64,000 nucleotides of DNA from Asterias rubens. Taxonomy: Eukaryota. This document shows positions 35,427 through 47,659 of the stretch, piece after piece. A program made the position numbers and the translations under genes. Each line of letters begins with the position of its first letter. Within the stretch, counting starts at the first letter, position 1. Under the pieces are notes generated by a model. It saw only the letters and a program-made list of their open reading frames with translations. It ran no database searches and had not been told where the DNA came from. The stretch is from contig NC_047066.1 of NCBI RefSeq assembly GCF_902459465.1, positions 21,762,001 through 21,826,000 of the forward strand, read 5' to 3'.

Positions 35427-38400
35427 CAGTGATGATCTCGAGGAAGTACCCCCAAAACACGCGAGTGCCGCGAGCGAGAACGAGATTTTTTCGAGTTTTA
35501 TCGAGGGGAAATTCAACCCCTCGAAAAGCCAAACCCCTCGCTCGAAACCTGCTCGTAATCGCACGATCCACACAGCTGTAAAAATCACAGGGAAGCGAGG
35601 AATTACGAGGGCTCTTCGAGGATCACTGACCCGTGAAGACAAAGTTGATTTCTAACTGAAGATCAACCCAATTGAAGACGGTGCCATACAGGCTCTAGCG
35701 GCTACGTAGAAAAGGTTTTGAAAAGTGTACCACTACTTTGTAGTGAGGTTTACATGATTTCAAAAGCGTCTTTGTTACAAAAAAAGAATATATTAGATTT
35801 CCATTGGGGGATGCAGGCATGTTCTGAGCACTGACAAAACGCGGAGATTTACCTGTCAGAATTCGTTGTTTTAACACGATCTCTGGTCCACAAAAATTGC
35901 CATCTACATGATTTCGATCGTTCCATACTTAAGCGTCTTCAGTGTACAGATTCACGGCTTGGCCGCAGGATTTGGTCTCAAATTACGGCAATGTACAGAA
36001 TGCGTGAACATTATCGGAATCGCGCTACTTGCTACGTGTATTTTGCACTCACTGTGCCCCTGTTTAGTGCTTGCACTGCGCTTTCTGAGCCATGCTGCGC
36101 TGCGGCAGTGATAACTTGGGCCTCGTGTAGCGATAACTTGGGCCTCGTGTAGTTTCAATGGCGGCGTACAAAGTGAAATGTATTACATTCTGCGTTCGGA
36201 CTGCCAATCATTCTGCACAGCTGGCTTTTTTTTATTTTCTCCCGCTTGTTTGGTCCCCCACCGGCTCTCAGACTGTTACAGCATTTCATGTTATCGAAGG
36301 AGACTGCAAGTAAAATTACTACAAATGATTCTGCGAGGCTGATTTTTATTTTCTATGCAGAGGTGACAGGAGTGGGGTATGGAATTCTTCCTAAGGCCCA
36401 AATCATAAATCGAGATATTGTATGAATTCAAAGGAGATAATATGAATTTCTTAATTGTTATAAGTTTTATCATTTGAAGTGGGACGTTTTCATGGTCAGA
36501 GAGGTCTTAAAACAGAGCTCATATAAATGGTGAACTTTGTATTGCCCTAATGAGGTACATGTAGGCCTAATGTGAAATCTCCATCTAGAAAAGACTTCAT
36601 GTTTCTGTTATTTATTTTTTAAAATAAAGTATCACATTATACATGTGTTAAGATGTACATTTTTTGTACAGATAATTTTTAAATCTCCAAATGCTGCGTG
36701 GCAACTGACTTAAAGAAAGCATATCTTTTTGGGAACATTACCAAACGTTTTGGGGTAAAAACAATTAATTTATAATATAATTTATATGGGGGGGGGGATT
36801 TCCTGCCTATCAGTATTTTGTTGTTTGTTGAATTTGTTATATGCTTGTCATCGCTTTTAACTTCATTAAAGCTAATTTAAAATCGATTTTTGTGCAAAAT
36901 TTAATAACGTTTCCTTTAGATATGAATGTATTTATTTTCACCAATTATCGTTGTCTCAAATTTAACGATCATGTAAATTTTAAATGGATGTTTCATTTTT
37001 CTGCCTGTCCAACAGGACGAGCTGGTTTGGAGGCGACTTTGTTGGAGCTAGGGTGTGAAATGACCAGCCCCCAATTGGAGACCTATAGGGTGACCTACTA
37101 TATACCTCTTTTGTTTGTACTTTTTAGCAACAATTCCATTGGTTTTGAACACGATTTCCAACTTGGACCTTTCCAGAACCGGGGACCCTTCCTGAACCGG
37201 GGGCCTTAAAGTCCTCTTTTGTTATAGGTCACCTTTTCAACAATAGCAGCACGTGTAATTCTGTAAGCATTTTTTACATTTTTTTTAGGGGTACCAATTA
37301 TTTTTCTTTCCTTTAAAAACAGATGTAATATAGACTTCATCCGTGAACAAAGTCGTGGTTTCCTACAATGTTTTGTCGGTTCCTTTTGAAAAGTTCTGTT
37401 TTCTAAAATTGATAACATTAGAACAAAACAATTTGTAACGAAAGAAAGAATTTAAAAACTTTATCCCTTAAGACCTTATCAGAAGGCTTTTTGTCAACAG
37501 GTTTTGCTTTTTTTTTTTTTTTTTTTTTACATTAAATGAACAATTTTGCTAAAAAGAAGAAATATATTATAAGTAATTTAAATCGGAAAGGTTTTTTAAT
37601 TTATAAATTTTCTTTGTAAATCAAGTTTAATTATTTACTTCTATTGTGTTTATGTGCATGTTTTTATGGGGAAACAAGCCGTTCATGAAAAGGAAAACAC
37701 TAACTAGTGTGGGCGGGTTCTTTTATTTATTGGACTTATATTCATAACAACAGATTCAATCTGGACCGGTTTGTTTGTGGGACTTAGTACCCAGTTGCTC
37801 TGCCTTGGTTCTCTATCACTGCCGGGATGACTTTTTGGATGTGGTTGATCTATCTTTTGCAAGATTCGGGAGTCACTCTTGTTTCCCAAAACAGCTTGAT
37901 ACCACCGACGAGTTGCTCCTTGTTAGTGGGCTTGACTCGACGAGGCAGGAAGTGTTTGAACTCGTGCCACAGGTTTTCTATTGGGTTAAGATCTGGACTT
38001 TCAGCAGGCGTTGGCATCCAGTTGATCCTTTCTAGCCTTCATGAAATCCTTGTTTTCATTTGAGGTGTGTTTCGGATCGTTGTCCTGCTGGAACCGATGA
38101 CCATCCGGGAACTGGGCTTGGAAGTGGATTGTAGAATTCCCGCCCGTAACTTTTTAAGTACCGGTCCCTTACCGTGATTTGTTTAATGGAGTAACAAATA
38201 TTTAATTGCCGCCCGTAGCCTATATACCTGAATTTTTTTCAACGGAGGATTATTAGAATTCCCGCCCTGTACATTTTTAATGGAAGCGCATTAAGTACCG
38301 GTGTAGAATTCCCGTCACGTAATTGTTATTAATGAAGTAAATAAAATCAGCCAAGTTTTGTTGTGTTCCTTTTTTGAAATAGAAGTGGATTGTACAATTC

Positions 38401-40293
38401 CAGCCCCGTAAATTGTAAACGGGAGTTCATTGTACAATTCCCGTCCGGTAAACAGCCTATTTCAAAATAAGTAATCATACATTTCCCACTCTGTAATGTG
38501 TTTAATGGAAATGGGCTGCAGTGTCTTAGCCAGGAATTTGGAAAGTGGGAGTGCAAACTGAAAAAGTGGGAGTGCAACCTAAAATCACTACAAAAAATAG
38601 AAACGTGTGCGTAGCACACAACAAATTTTCTATCCATTCTTGTCCATTTGATTTCAGAACTATAGGCCAAAGAAGCTGATAATAGTTGTTGTATTTATTT
38701 ATTGTTGTATTTATTTTAAACACATCAATTAATTAATGTAAAATAATGATTCACACAAATATTTGCAACCAACCAAAATGCCAAGAGTGATTAACATGTA
38801 CCATAACTGTTTGCTTAATTTAAACTGACTGATCATGGTAATTAATATTTTCCTTAGTACTTTTTAAGGTTTCATAACGTTTAAGTCTTATAGGTTGTTT
38901 AATTGTTGAAACTGGGTCAAAGGCAATTTGTAAACAGTCTGCGGAGAATAAAGAACAAACAGTTACGAAAGACAGTGCCATTTAAGTACATGTAGTTCCA
39001 CTGGGCAAAAAAACGTACCATGCATTGAAAAATACATTTGGGAGTTCTATACAGCAAAACCGACTTAAGATTTGAAAAGAAACATAAACCAGTTTTTGAT
39101 CCTTTCGGGCGGAAAATAAACATCGTTTTGTCAACTGCATTAACACCCAAGAGATGCAAACATTGAAATCCAAAAAAGTCTCGATGTTTCAAACAAACTC
39201 TACAACGAACAAACGATGTGCCCTTGAATTTCTAGAAGGAAAAAAGATCGTCATGTTTGCTGCCGTCGAGTTGGGAAAAACTGCGGAACCAATCCACCAA
39301 GCAACTGCAGAATGTATGGGGGTAAAAGGTGTACTGCGCCGCGTATCTCTCAGTTACCGATACTGACGTCATAGTAGAAAAATCCGGAGCGCGATAGTTT
39401 GTAGGATCGTGGAGATGAGATTGGTACCTAAAATAATCTGAACGAAAACGCGTGTGAATTCGCCTCTATCATACCACACGCGTGCATGGAGTTCATGCTG
39501 CCTGCCGATGACGGTCGATGACGACGACTGACTGTTAAAACGAAGTCTGCGTGTCTCGCTTGCGTTGTGAATTTGCACGTGCGTTGTGGATGTAATGTGT
39601 GGTTTGTGCGTTGTGTTTTGTGTGGTCGCAATGTGGTCAACGTTTTCAAGGCAACTTCGAGTGATTGTTTTATGGTTGCGTCGTTGAAATTTTGATTCAA
39701 AAAGAAGAAGGAAATCTGGTAAAACCAAATCTATATTTACTCACTGCTGTTTTTAAACTGTTCAACAACAACAAAATAATAAAAGAAGTTCAGTAATTTT
39801 CACTGAAATTATTAGACAGCACGGATTCACCATGCTTCACCCAAGCCGTGCATCATGTTTTTGCCGTGTTTTCAGCCCAACTGGCCGTGCTAACACGGCG
39901 TGCACGGCTCGCTAGCTAACACGTTGATGGGCTGTAAAGTTCCCGCCCCTGTATTTTTCTTAATGGAAGTTAATTTTCAAACTTGCTACTGAGCCTACTT
40001 ACATTATTCTGTTACGACGCAAAAGTGTTTGCGGTCACGTCAGGCAACTACAATTGGGTTTTGACACTGTATCCCCGAGGTCAGATTTTACGCATGAACG
40101 CTCCTCGCAAGGCATTGATCGCGTGGAATTTTGGGGACAAAATGATAGCTCTCGACACCGCTCGAAAGTTGCTCGAACCTCGCTCGCACTCGCTCGATTG
40201 CTGCACGCAAAACTCGAGTGTGGTAAACGAGTTGCTTCGAGTGATTTGCGAGCACACGTTCCTCGTATGGGTACTTCCTCGAGATCACCACTG
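35427..40293 (-). mobile_element. 4.87-kb Tc1/mariner-type element with TA target-site duplication
   Basis: 25-bp ends CAGTGATGATCTCGAGGAAGTACCC and GGGTACTTCCTCGAGATCACCACTG (1 mismatch), TA on both flanks, and an internal Tc1 transposase remnant. Confidence 0.85.
37785..38115 (-). pseudogene. Tc1-family DD34E transposase C-terminal remnant
   Basis: FQQDNDPKHTS..(frameshift)..INWMPTPAESPDLNPIENLWHEFKHFL..VIPAVIENQGRATGY*. The D-to-E spacing is 34 after removing one base, and there is one internal TAG. Confidence 0.9.
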
Positions 40294-40399
40294 TATGTTT
40301 CTTTTATCTCTATGCCTAAATCTTGCTAAATTCTGATACTCAAACGAGCAAATCATAAATTTTTCTCAACTTTAAAATGAAATGTACCCCTCGTTCCAG

Positions 40400-43300
40400 A
40401 GCCATGCTTGAATGACAGTGAAAGAACTGCAGAGCCAAGGGCTCAAGACAGTGATAGAACTGTAGAGCCAAGGGCTCATGACAGTGATAAAACTGCAGAG
40501 CCAAGGGCTCATGACAGTGATAGAACTGTAGAGCCAAGGGCTCATGACAGTGATAGAACTGTAGAGCCAAGGGCTCATGACAGTGATAGAACTGCAGAGC
40601 CAAGGGCTCATGTAAGTGATAGAACTGTAGAGCCAAGGGCTCATGACAGTGATAGAACTGAAGAGCCAAGGGCTCATGACAGTGAAATAACTGAAGAGCC
40701 AAGGGCTCATGACAGGGAAAGAACTGTAGAGCCAAGGGCTCATGACAGTGAAATAACTGAAGAGCCAAGGGCTCATGACAGGGAAAGAACTGTAGAGCCA
40801 AGGGCTCATGACAGTGATAGAACTGTAGAGCCAAGGGCTCATGACAGGGAAAGAACTGTAGAGCCAAGGGCTCATGACAGTGATAGAACTGTAGAGCCAA
40901 GGGCTCATGACAGGGAAAGAACTGTAGAGCCAAGGGCTCATGACAGTGACAGAACTGAAGAGCCAAGGGCTCATGACAGTGAAAGAACTGTAGAGCCGAG
41001 GGCTCATGACAGTGAAAGAACTGTAGAGCCAAGGGCTCATGACAGTGAAAGAACTGCAGAGCCAAGGGCTCATGACAGTGATAGAACTGAAGAGCCAAGG
41101 GCTCATGACAGTGAAAGAACTGTAGAGCCGAGGGCTCATGACAGTGATAGAACTGTAGAGCCAAGGGCTCATGACAGTGAAAGAACTGCAGAGCCGAGGG
41201 CTCATGACAGTGATAGAACTGTAGAGCCAAAGGCTCATGACAGTGATAGAACTGTAGAGCCAAGGGCTCATGACAGTGATAGAACTGTAGAGCCGAGGGC
41301 TCATGACAGTGAAAGAACTGTAGAGCCAAAGGCTCATGACAGTGATAGAACTGAAGAGCCGAGGGCTCATGACAGTGATAGAACTGTAGAGCCAAGGGCT
41401 CATGACAGTGATAGAACTGTAGAGCCAAGGGCTCATGACAGTGAAAGAACTGTAGAGCCGAGGGCTCATGACAGTGAAAGAACTGTAGAGCCGAGGGCTC
41501 ATGACAGTGATAGAACTGTAGAGCCAAGGGCTCATGACAGTGATAGAACTGAGGAGCCAAGGGCTCATGACAGTGATAGAACTGTAGAGCCAAGGGCTCA
41601 TGACAGTGAAAGAACTGTAGAGCCGAGGGCCCATGACAGTGAAAGAACTGCAGAGCCGAGGGCTCATGACAGTGAAAGAACTGTAGAGCCGAGGGCTCAT
41701 GACAGTGAAAGAACTGTAGAGCCGAGGGCTCATGACAGTGATAGAACTGTAGAGCCAAGGGCTCATGACAGTGATAGAACTGAGGAGCCAAGGGCTCATG
41801 ACAGTGATAGTACTGTAGAGCCAAGGGCTCATGACAGTGAAAGAACTGTAGAGCCGAGGGCTCATGACAGTGAAAGAACTGTAGAGCCGAGGGCTCATGA
41901 CAGTGAAAGAACTGTAGAGCCAAGGGCTCATGACAGTGATAGAACTGAAAAGCCAAAGGCTCATGACAGTGAAAGAACTGTAGAGCCGAGGGCTCATGAC
42001 AGTGAAAGAACTGTAGAGCCAAGGGCTCATGACAGTGATAGAACTGTAGAGCCGAGGGCTCATGACAGTGATAGAACTGAAAAGCCAAGGGCTCATGACA
42101 TTGATAGAACTGAAAAGCCAAGGGCTCATGACAGTGATAGAACTGAAAAGCCAAGGGCTCATGACAGTGATAGAACTGAAAAGCCAAAGGCTCATGACAG
42201 TGAAAGAACTGTAGAGCCAAGGGCTCATGACAGTGTTAGAACTGAAGAGCCAAGGGCTCATGACAGTGATAGAACTGAAGAGCCAAAGGCTCATGACAGT
42301 GAAAGAACTGTAGAGCCAAGGGCTCATGACAGTGATAGAACTGTAGAGCCAAGGGCTCATGACAGGGAAAGAACTGTAGAGCCAAGGGCTCATGACAGTG
42401 ATAGAACTGTAGAGCCAAGGGCTCATGACAGGGAAAGAACTGTAGAGCCAAGGGCTCATGACAGTGATAGAACTGTAGAGCCAAGGGCTCATGACAGGGA
42501 AAGAACTGTAGAGCCAAGGGCTCATGACAGTGACAGAACTGAACAGCCAAGGGCTCATGACAGTGAAAGAACTGTAGAGCCGAGGGCTCATGACAGTGAT
42601 AGAACTGTAGAGCCAAGGGCTCATGACAGTGAAAGAACTGCAGAGCCAAGGGCTCATGACAGTGATAGAACTGAAGAGCCAAGGGCTCATGACAGTGAAA
42701 GAACTGTAGAGCTGAGGGCTCATGACAGTGATAGAACTGTAGAGCCAAGGGCTCATGACAGTGAAAGAAATGCAGAGCCGAGGGCTCATGACAGTGATAG
42801 AACTGTAGAGCCAAAGGCTCATGACAGTGATAGAACTGAAGAGCCAAAGGCTCATGACAGTGAAAGAACTGAGGAGCCGAGGGCTCATGACAGTGATAGA
42901 ACTGAAGAGCCAAGGGCTCATGACAGTGAAAGAACTGAAGAGCCAAAGGCTCATGACAGTGAAAGAACTGAGGAGCCAAGGGCTCATGACAGTGATAGAA
43001 CTGAAGAGCCAAGGGCTCATGACAGTGAAAGAACTGCAGAGCCAAGGGCTCATGACAGTGATAGAACTGAAGAGCCAAGGGCTCATGACAGTGATAGAAC
43101 TGTAGAGCCAAGGGCTCATGACAGTGATAGAACTGAAGAGCCAAGGGCTCATGACAGTGAAAGAACTGAAGAGCCGAGGGCTCATGACAGTGATAGAACT
43201 GTAGAGCCAAGGGCTCATGACAGTGATAGAACTGAAGAGCCAAGGGCTCATGACAGTGAAAGAACTGAAGAGCCGAGGGCTCATGACAGTGATAGAACTG

Positions 43301-43518
43301 TAGAGCCGAGGGCTCATGAGAGTGATAGAACTGAAGAGCCGAGGGCTCATGACAGTGATAGAACTGTAGAGCCGAGGGCTCATGACAGTGATAGAACTGT
43401 AGAGCCAAGGGCTCATGACAGTGATAGAACTGTAGAGCCAAGGGCTCATGACAGTGAAAGAACTGAAGAGCCAAGGGCTCAAGAGAATGATAGACCTAAA
43501 ATGGAGCCAAGACCATAA
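40400..43518. repeat. 33-bp minisatellite, about 94 units, indel-free; 1036-codon ORF on + (PRAHDSDRTVE)n and long ORFs on two - frames
   Basis: Unit GAGCCAAGGGCTCATGACAGTGATAGAACTGTA; the ORF track shows 40408-43518 (+), 40372-43482 (-), and 42236-43474 plus 40340-42220 (-). Coding status is unproven. Confidence 0.95.
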
Positions 43519-43994
43519 TAATTACAGGTTTTGTCTATAGAAGAGAACATTTGTTTTTCCCATTGTCTTTTGGTTTACGTAATATATCAGAATCTAGCAA
43601 GAATCTTAAGACTTGAAGAATCTGTAGATCTTCAGTTTAGATAATTTACGGGAAAGTAATTGAGATATACAGTTAGAAAGTATATGAATTAAAAATAGCT
43701 CACATTATGGGAGTTGAGACATGGTGAGGTATAAACATTAGCTTTGTATAATTTGCACCTTTTCTTTAACAATTTTTTAATGTTCAGTTTCTTATCTGAT
43801 GACTATAAACCAACCTCAAAATAAAAACAACATAGTAATTCACATGGTTTGAATAGAACATGTAAATACCACGCCTATATTTAACACTAAGAAAAATATA
43901 CCAAGCAAACTTTTGTAAAGGATAACAATTGTTAATTTTCAGTCAGTCCAAACTTTTAAACAGCTGATTATAAATAGAAGTACCCAGTTGATTC

Positions 43995-44655
43995 TAGAGG
44001 GGAGAGGTTACCAGCACTTCACCCTCAGCCAAGATCCTCAGCATCTGGCTGTGAAATTAAACAAATAAACTTCAGTTTTAACACCAAATGAAAACATGAC
44101 AAGTTCTAATTGACCATTTGAGGGGAGAGGTTACTAGCACTATCATCCTCAGCCAGTATTGTCAGTATACGGCTGTGAAATCAAACCAATAAACTTCAGT
44201 TTTAACACCCAATGAAAACACGACTAGAAGTTTTAATTAAATATTCATTTGAGGGGAGAGGTTACCAGCACTTCACCCTCAGCCAGTATTCTCAGTATAC
44301 GGCTGTGAATTAAACAAATAAAGTGGAGTTTTAAAATCCGAAAAACCAATTGACCAGAATTTCTAATTAAAACCAATAAACCAATAAACAATAATTAAAC
44401 CAATAAACTTTAGTTTTAACACCCAATGCAAACATGATCAGAAGTTCTAATTGAACATTTGAGAGGAGAGGTTACCAGCACTTCACCCTCAGCCAGTATT
44501 CTCAGTATACGGCTGTGAAATTAAACCAATAAACTGGAGTTTTAACAACCATACCAAAAGTTCTTATTAGAAATTTTTGAGGGGAGAGGTTACTAGCACT
44601 TCACCCTCAGCCAGTATTCTCAGTATACGGCTGTGAAATTAAACCAATAAACTCA
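43995..44655 (-). repeat. Array 1 of AG/GT-flanked 37-nt exon-like units (5 copies)
   Basis: On the - strand TTTCACAG|CCGTATACTGAGAATACTGGCTGAGGGTGAAGTGCTG|GTAACC; units at 44012-44048, 44135-44172 (38 nt), 44266-44302, 44476-44512 and 44594-44630. Confidence 0.9.
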
Positions 44656-44859
44656 AGGTTTGGAACAAAACAGATGCTGCATGCTGCTTAACTACTGGTG
44701 AGGTGGATTAGCTTGATGATGCATGAAGGACGGGAAACTGAAGCATGATGATGCGTGAGAATGCTGGATCCTGAACTGTGTCAGTAGGAACAAATATAGG
44801 AATAGTGAGCTGTGGGGCTTAGGGGACTGAGGGAAGAGACGACCCAAAGCAGTGTAAAT

Positions 44860-45840
44860 GATTGTGTGGGGCCTAGGTGACTGAGGGTATAGACGACCCA
44901 AAGCAGTCTAAATGGTGGGTGACAGGAGGAGACTAAAGGGAGGGGGGTACCTAAGGAGTGACCGTGGATATAGGAGATCCATTGGTCGGGAGAAGGGGTA
45001 GAGATGTCACTGATGTCTTGAGTTACGACGCCTAGGTGACTGAGGGTGTAGATGACCCAAAGCAGTCTGAATGGTGGGTGACAGGAGGAGACTAAAGGGA
45101 GGGGGGTACCTAAGGAGTGACCGTGGATATAGGACATCCATTGGTCGGGAGAAGGGGTAGAGACGTCACTAATGTGGAAGCTGATGCCTTGAAGTACAAA
45201 GCCTAGGTGACTGAGGGTATAGACGACCCAAAGCAGTCTAAATGGCGGGTGACAGGAGGAGACTTAAGGGAGGGGGGTACCTAGGGAGTGACCGTGGATA
45301 TAGGAGATCCATTAGTCGGGAGAAGGGGTAGAGATGTCACCGATGTCTTGAGTTACGACGCCTAGGTGACTGAGGGTGTAGATGACCCAAAGCAGTCTGA
45401 ATGGTGGGTGACAGGAGGAGACTAAAGGGAGGGGGGTACCTAGGGAGTGACCGTGGATATAGGAGATCCTTTGGTCGGGAGAAGGGGTAGAGATGTCACT
45501 GATGTCTTGAGTTACGACGCCTAGGTGACTGAGGGTATAGACGACCCAAAGCAGTCTAAATGGTGGGTGACAGGAGGAGACTTAAGGGAGGGGGTACCTA
45601 GGGAGTGACCGTGGATATAGGAGATCCATTGGTCGGGAGAAGGGGTAGAGATGTCACTGATGTCTTGAGTTACGACGCCTAGGTGACTGAGGGTATAGAT
45701 GACCCAAAGCAGTCTAAATGGTGGGTGACGGGAGGAGACTAAAGGGAGGGGGGTACTTAAGGAGTGACCGTGGATATAGGAGATCCATTGGTCGGGAGAA
45801 GGGAGAGAGATGTCACTGATGTGGAAGCTGATGTCTTGAG
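44860..45840. repeat. About 159-bp minisatellite x6 (block 1)
   Basis: GTGACCGTGGATATAGGAGATCC recurs at 44958, 45117, 45288, 45447, 45605 and 45764. Confidence 0.95.
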
Positions 45841-46069
45841 GTACGGTGTCGTGTTTGTGGATCTGGATTGCTACTCTGATGGTCTGTTATGTAAAGAGTG
45901 TTTGACGATGGCTCCTCCAGTTAGCATTCTGAGTAGAAGGCAAGATGGACTTAAAATGCCGCGCAAACACTTAATGTCATCAAATTCAAATGAAGTCACA
46001 ATTTCACCAAAGATCGTCATTAGGTGCAACACAAAATATGCACAAAATACTGAAGCATAATCTGGAATT

Positions 46070-47495
46070 TTGCTGTGAAATTAAACCAGTAAACTAGAGA
46101 TAACACCCAATGAAAACGTGACGACTTTTAATTTAACATTTGAGGGGAGAGGAGTCAGCTTCTCCCTCAGCCAGTATTCTCAGCATTACAGCTGTGAAAT
46201 AAAACCAGTAAACTTCAGTTTTAACTGAGCTTGGAATTAACACTGAAAACAATTTCTGATTAAACATTTGAGGGGAGAAGTTCACCCTCAGCAAGTATTC
46301 TCAGTTTACGACTGTGAAATTTAACCGATCAACTTGAAATTAACCGATAAACTGGAAATTTAACACCCAATGAAAACATGACAAAAAGTTCTAACTGAAC
46401 ATTTGAGGGGAGAGGTTACCAGCACTTCACCCTCAGCCAGTATTCTCAGTATACGGCTGTGAAATCAAACCAATAAACTTGATTTTTGGTACAAAAACAG
46501 AAAGCGAAGTTCTTATCGAACATTTGAGGGGAGAGGTTACCAGCACTTCACCCTCAGCCAGTATTCTCAGTATACGGCTGTGAAATCAAACCAATAAAGT
46601 TGATTTTTGGAACAAAAACCTTAAAAGATGTTCGCATTGACCATTAGAGGGGAGAGGTTACCAAACCAATAAACCAAACCAATGGAAATCAAACGAATGA
46701 ACTGGAGTTTTGGAACAAAAACCTAAAAAGATGTTCTCATCGAACATTCGAGGGGAGAGGTTACCAGCACTTCGCCCTCAGCCAGTATTCTCAGTATACG
46801 GCTTTGAAATTAAACCAATAAACTTGATTTTTGGAACAAAAACCTTAAAAGATGTTCGCATTGACCATTAGAGGGGAGAGGTTACCAAACCAATAAACCA
46901 AACCAATGGAAATCAAACGAATAAACTGGAGTTTTGGAACAAAAACCTAAAAAGATGTTCTCATTGAACATTAGAGGGGAGAGGTTACTAGCACTTCGCC
47001 CTCAGCCAGTATTCTCAGTATACGGCTTTGAAATTAAACCAATAAACTTGATTTTTGGAACAAAAACCTTAAAAGATGTTCGCATTGACCATTAGAGGGG
47101 AGAGGTTACCAAACCAATAAACCAAACCAATGGAAATCAAACGAATAAACTGGAGTTTTGGAACAAAAACCTAAAAAGATGTTCTCATTGAACATTTGAG
47201 GGGAGAGGTTACCAGCACTTCACCCTCAGCCAGTATTCTCAGTATACGGCTGTGAAATTAAACCAATAAACTTGAATTTTAGGATGCAACATAAAGTCCC
47301 GAGTATACAATGCTTATCACACATCAGTGTATGGGGTTAAACCAATATTCTGTTACTCAGATTCAAAATTAACACCTCTTAAATTAGAAACATAAACAAA
47401 AGGTCTTTTTGAACATTTGAGGGTAAAGGTTACTAGCACTTCACCCTCAGCCAGTATTCTCAGTATACTGCTATGAAATTAAACCAATAAACATG
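46070..47495 (-). repeat. Array 2 of the same exon-like units (about 6 intact, 2 degenerate, 3 truncated), with a ~225-bp higher-order repeat x3
   Basis: GAGGGGAGAGGTTAC starts at about 46142, 46270, 46406, 46526, 46647, 46750, 46870, 46975, 47096, 47198 and 47419. Confidence 0.9.
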
Positions 47496-47659
47496 AGTAT
47501 TGAACCGATGCTGCATCCTGCTTCAGTGCTGGTGATGCAGATAGCTTGATGATGCACAATAGCAGGAAACTGGAGCTTGATGTTGCTCGGTAATGCTGGA
47601 ACCTTAACTGTGTCAGTAAGAACAAACAGGGATATGGAGGATGTGTGGCCTAGGGGACT

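Noticed and set aside
45840-46070. Spacer Y as a BEN-domain or SAMD3-like coding exon (CAYFVLHL..FEF)
   Set aside because: The paralogous copy at about 49200-49330 has stops in that frame, and the phase does not match the upstream 37-nt exons; the similarity is too weak to call.
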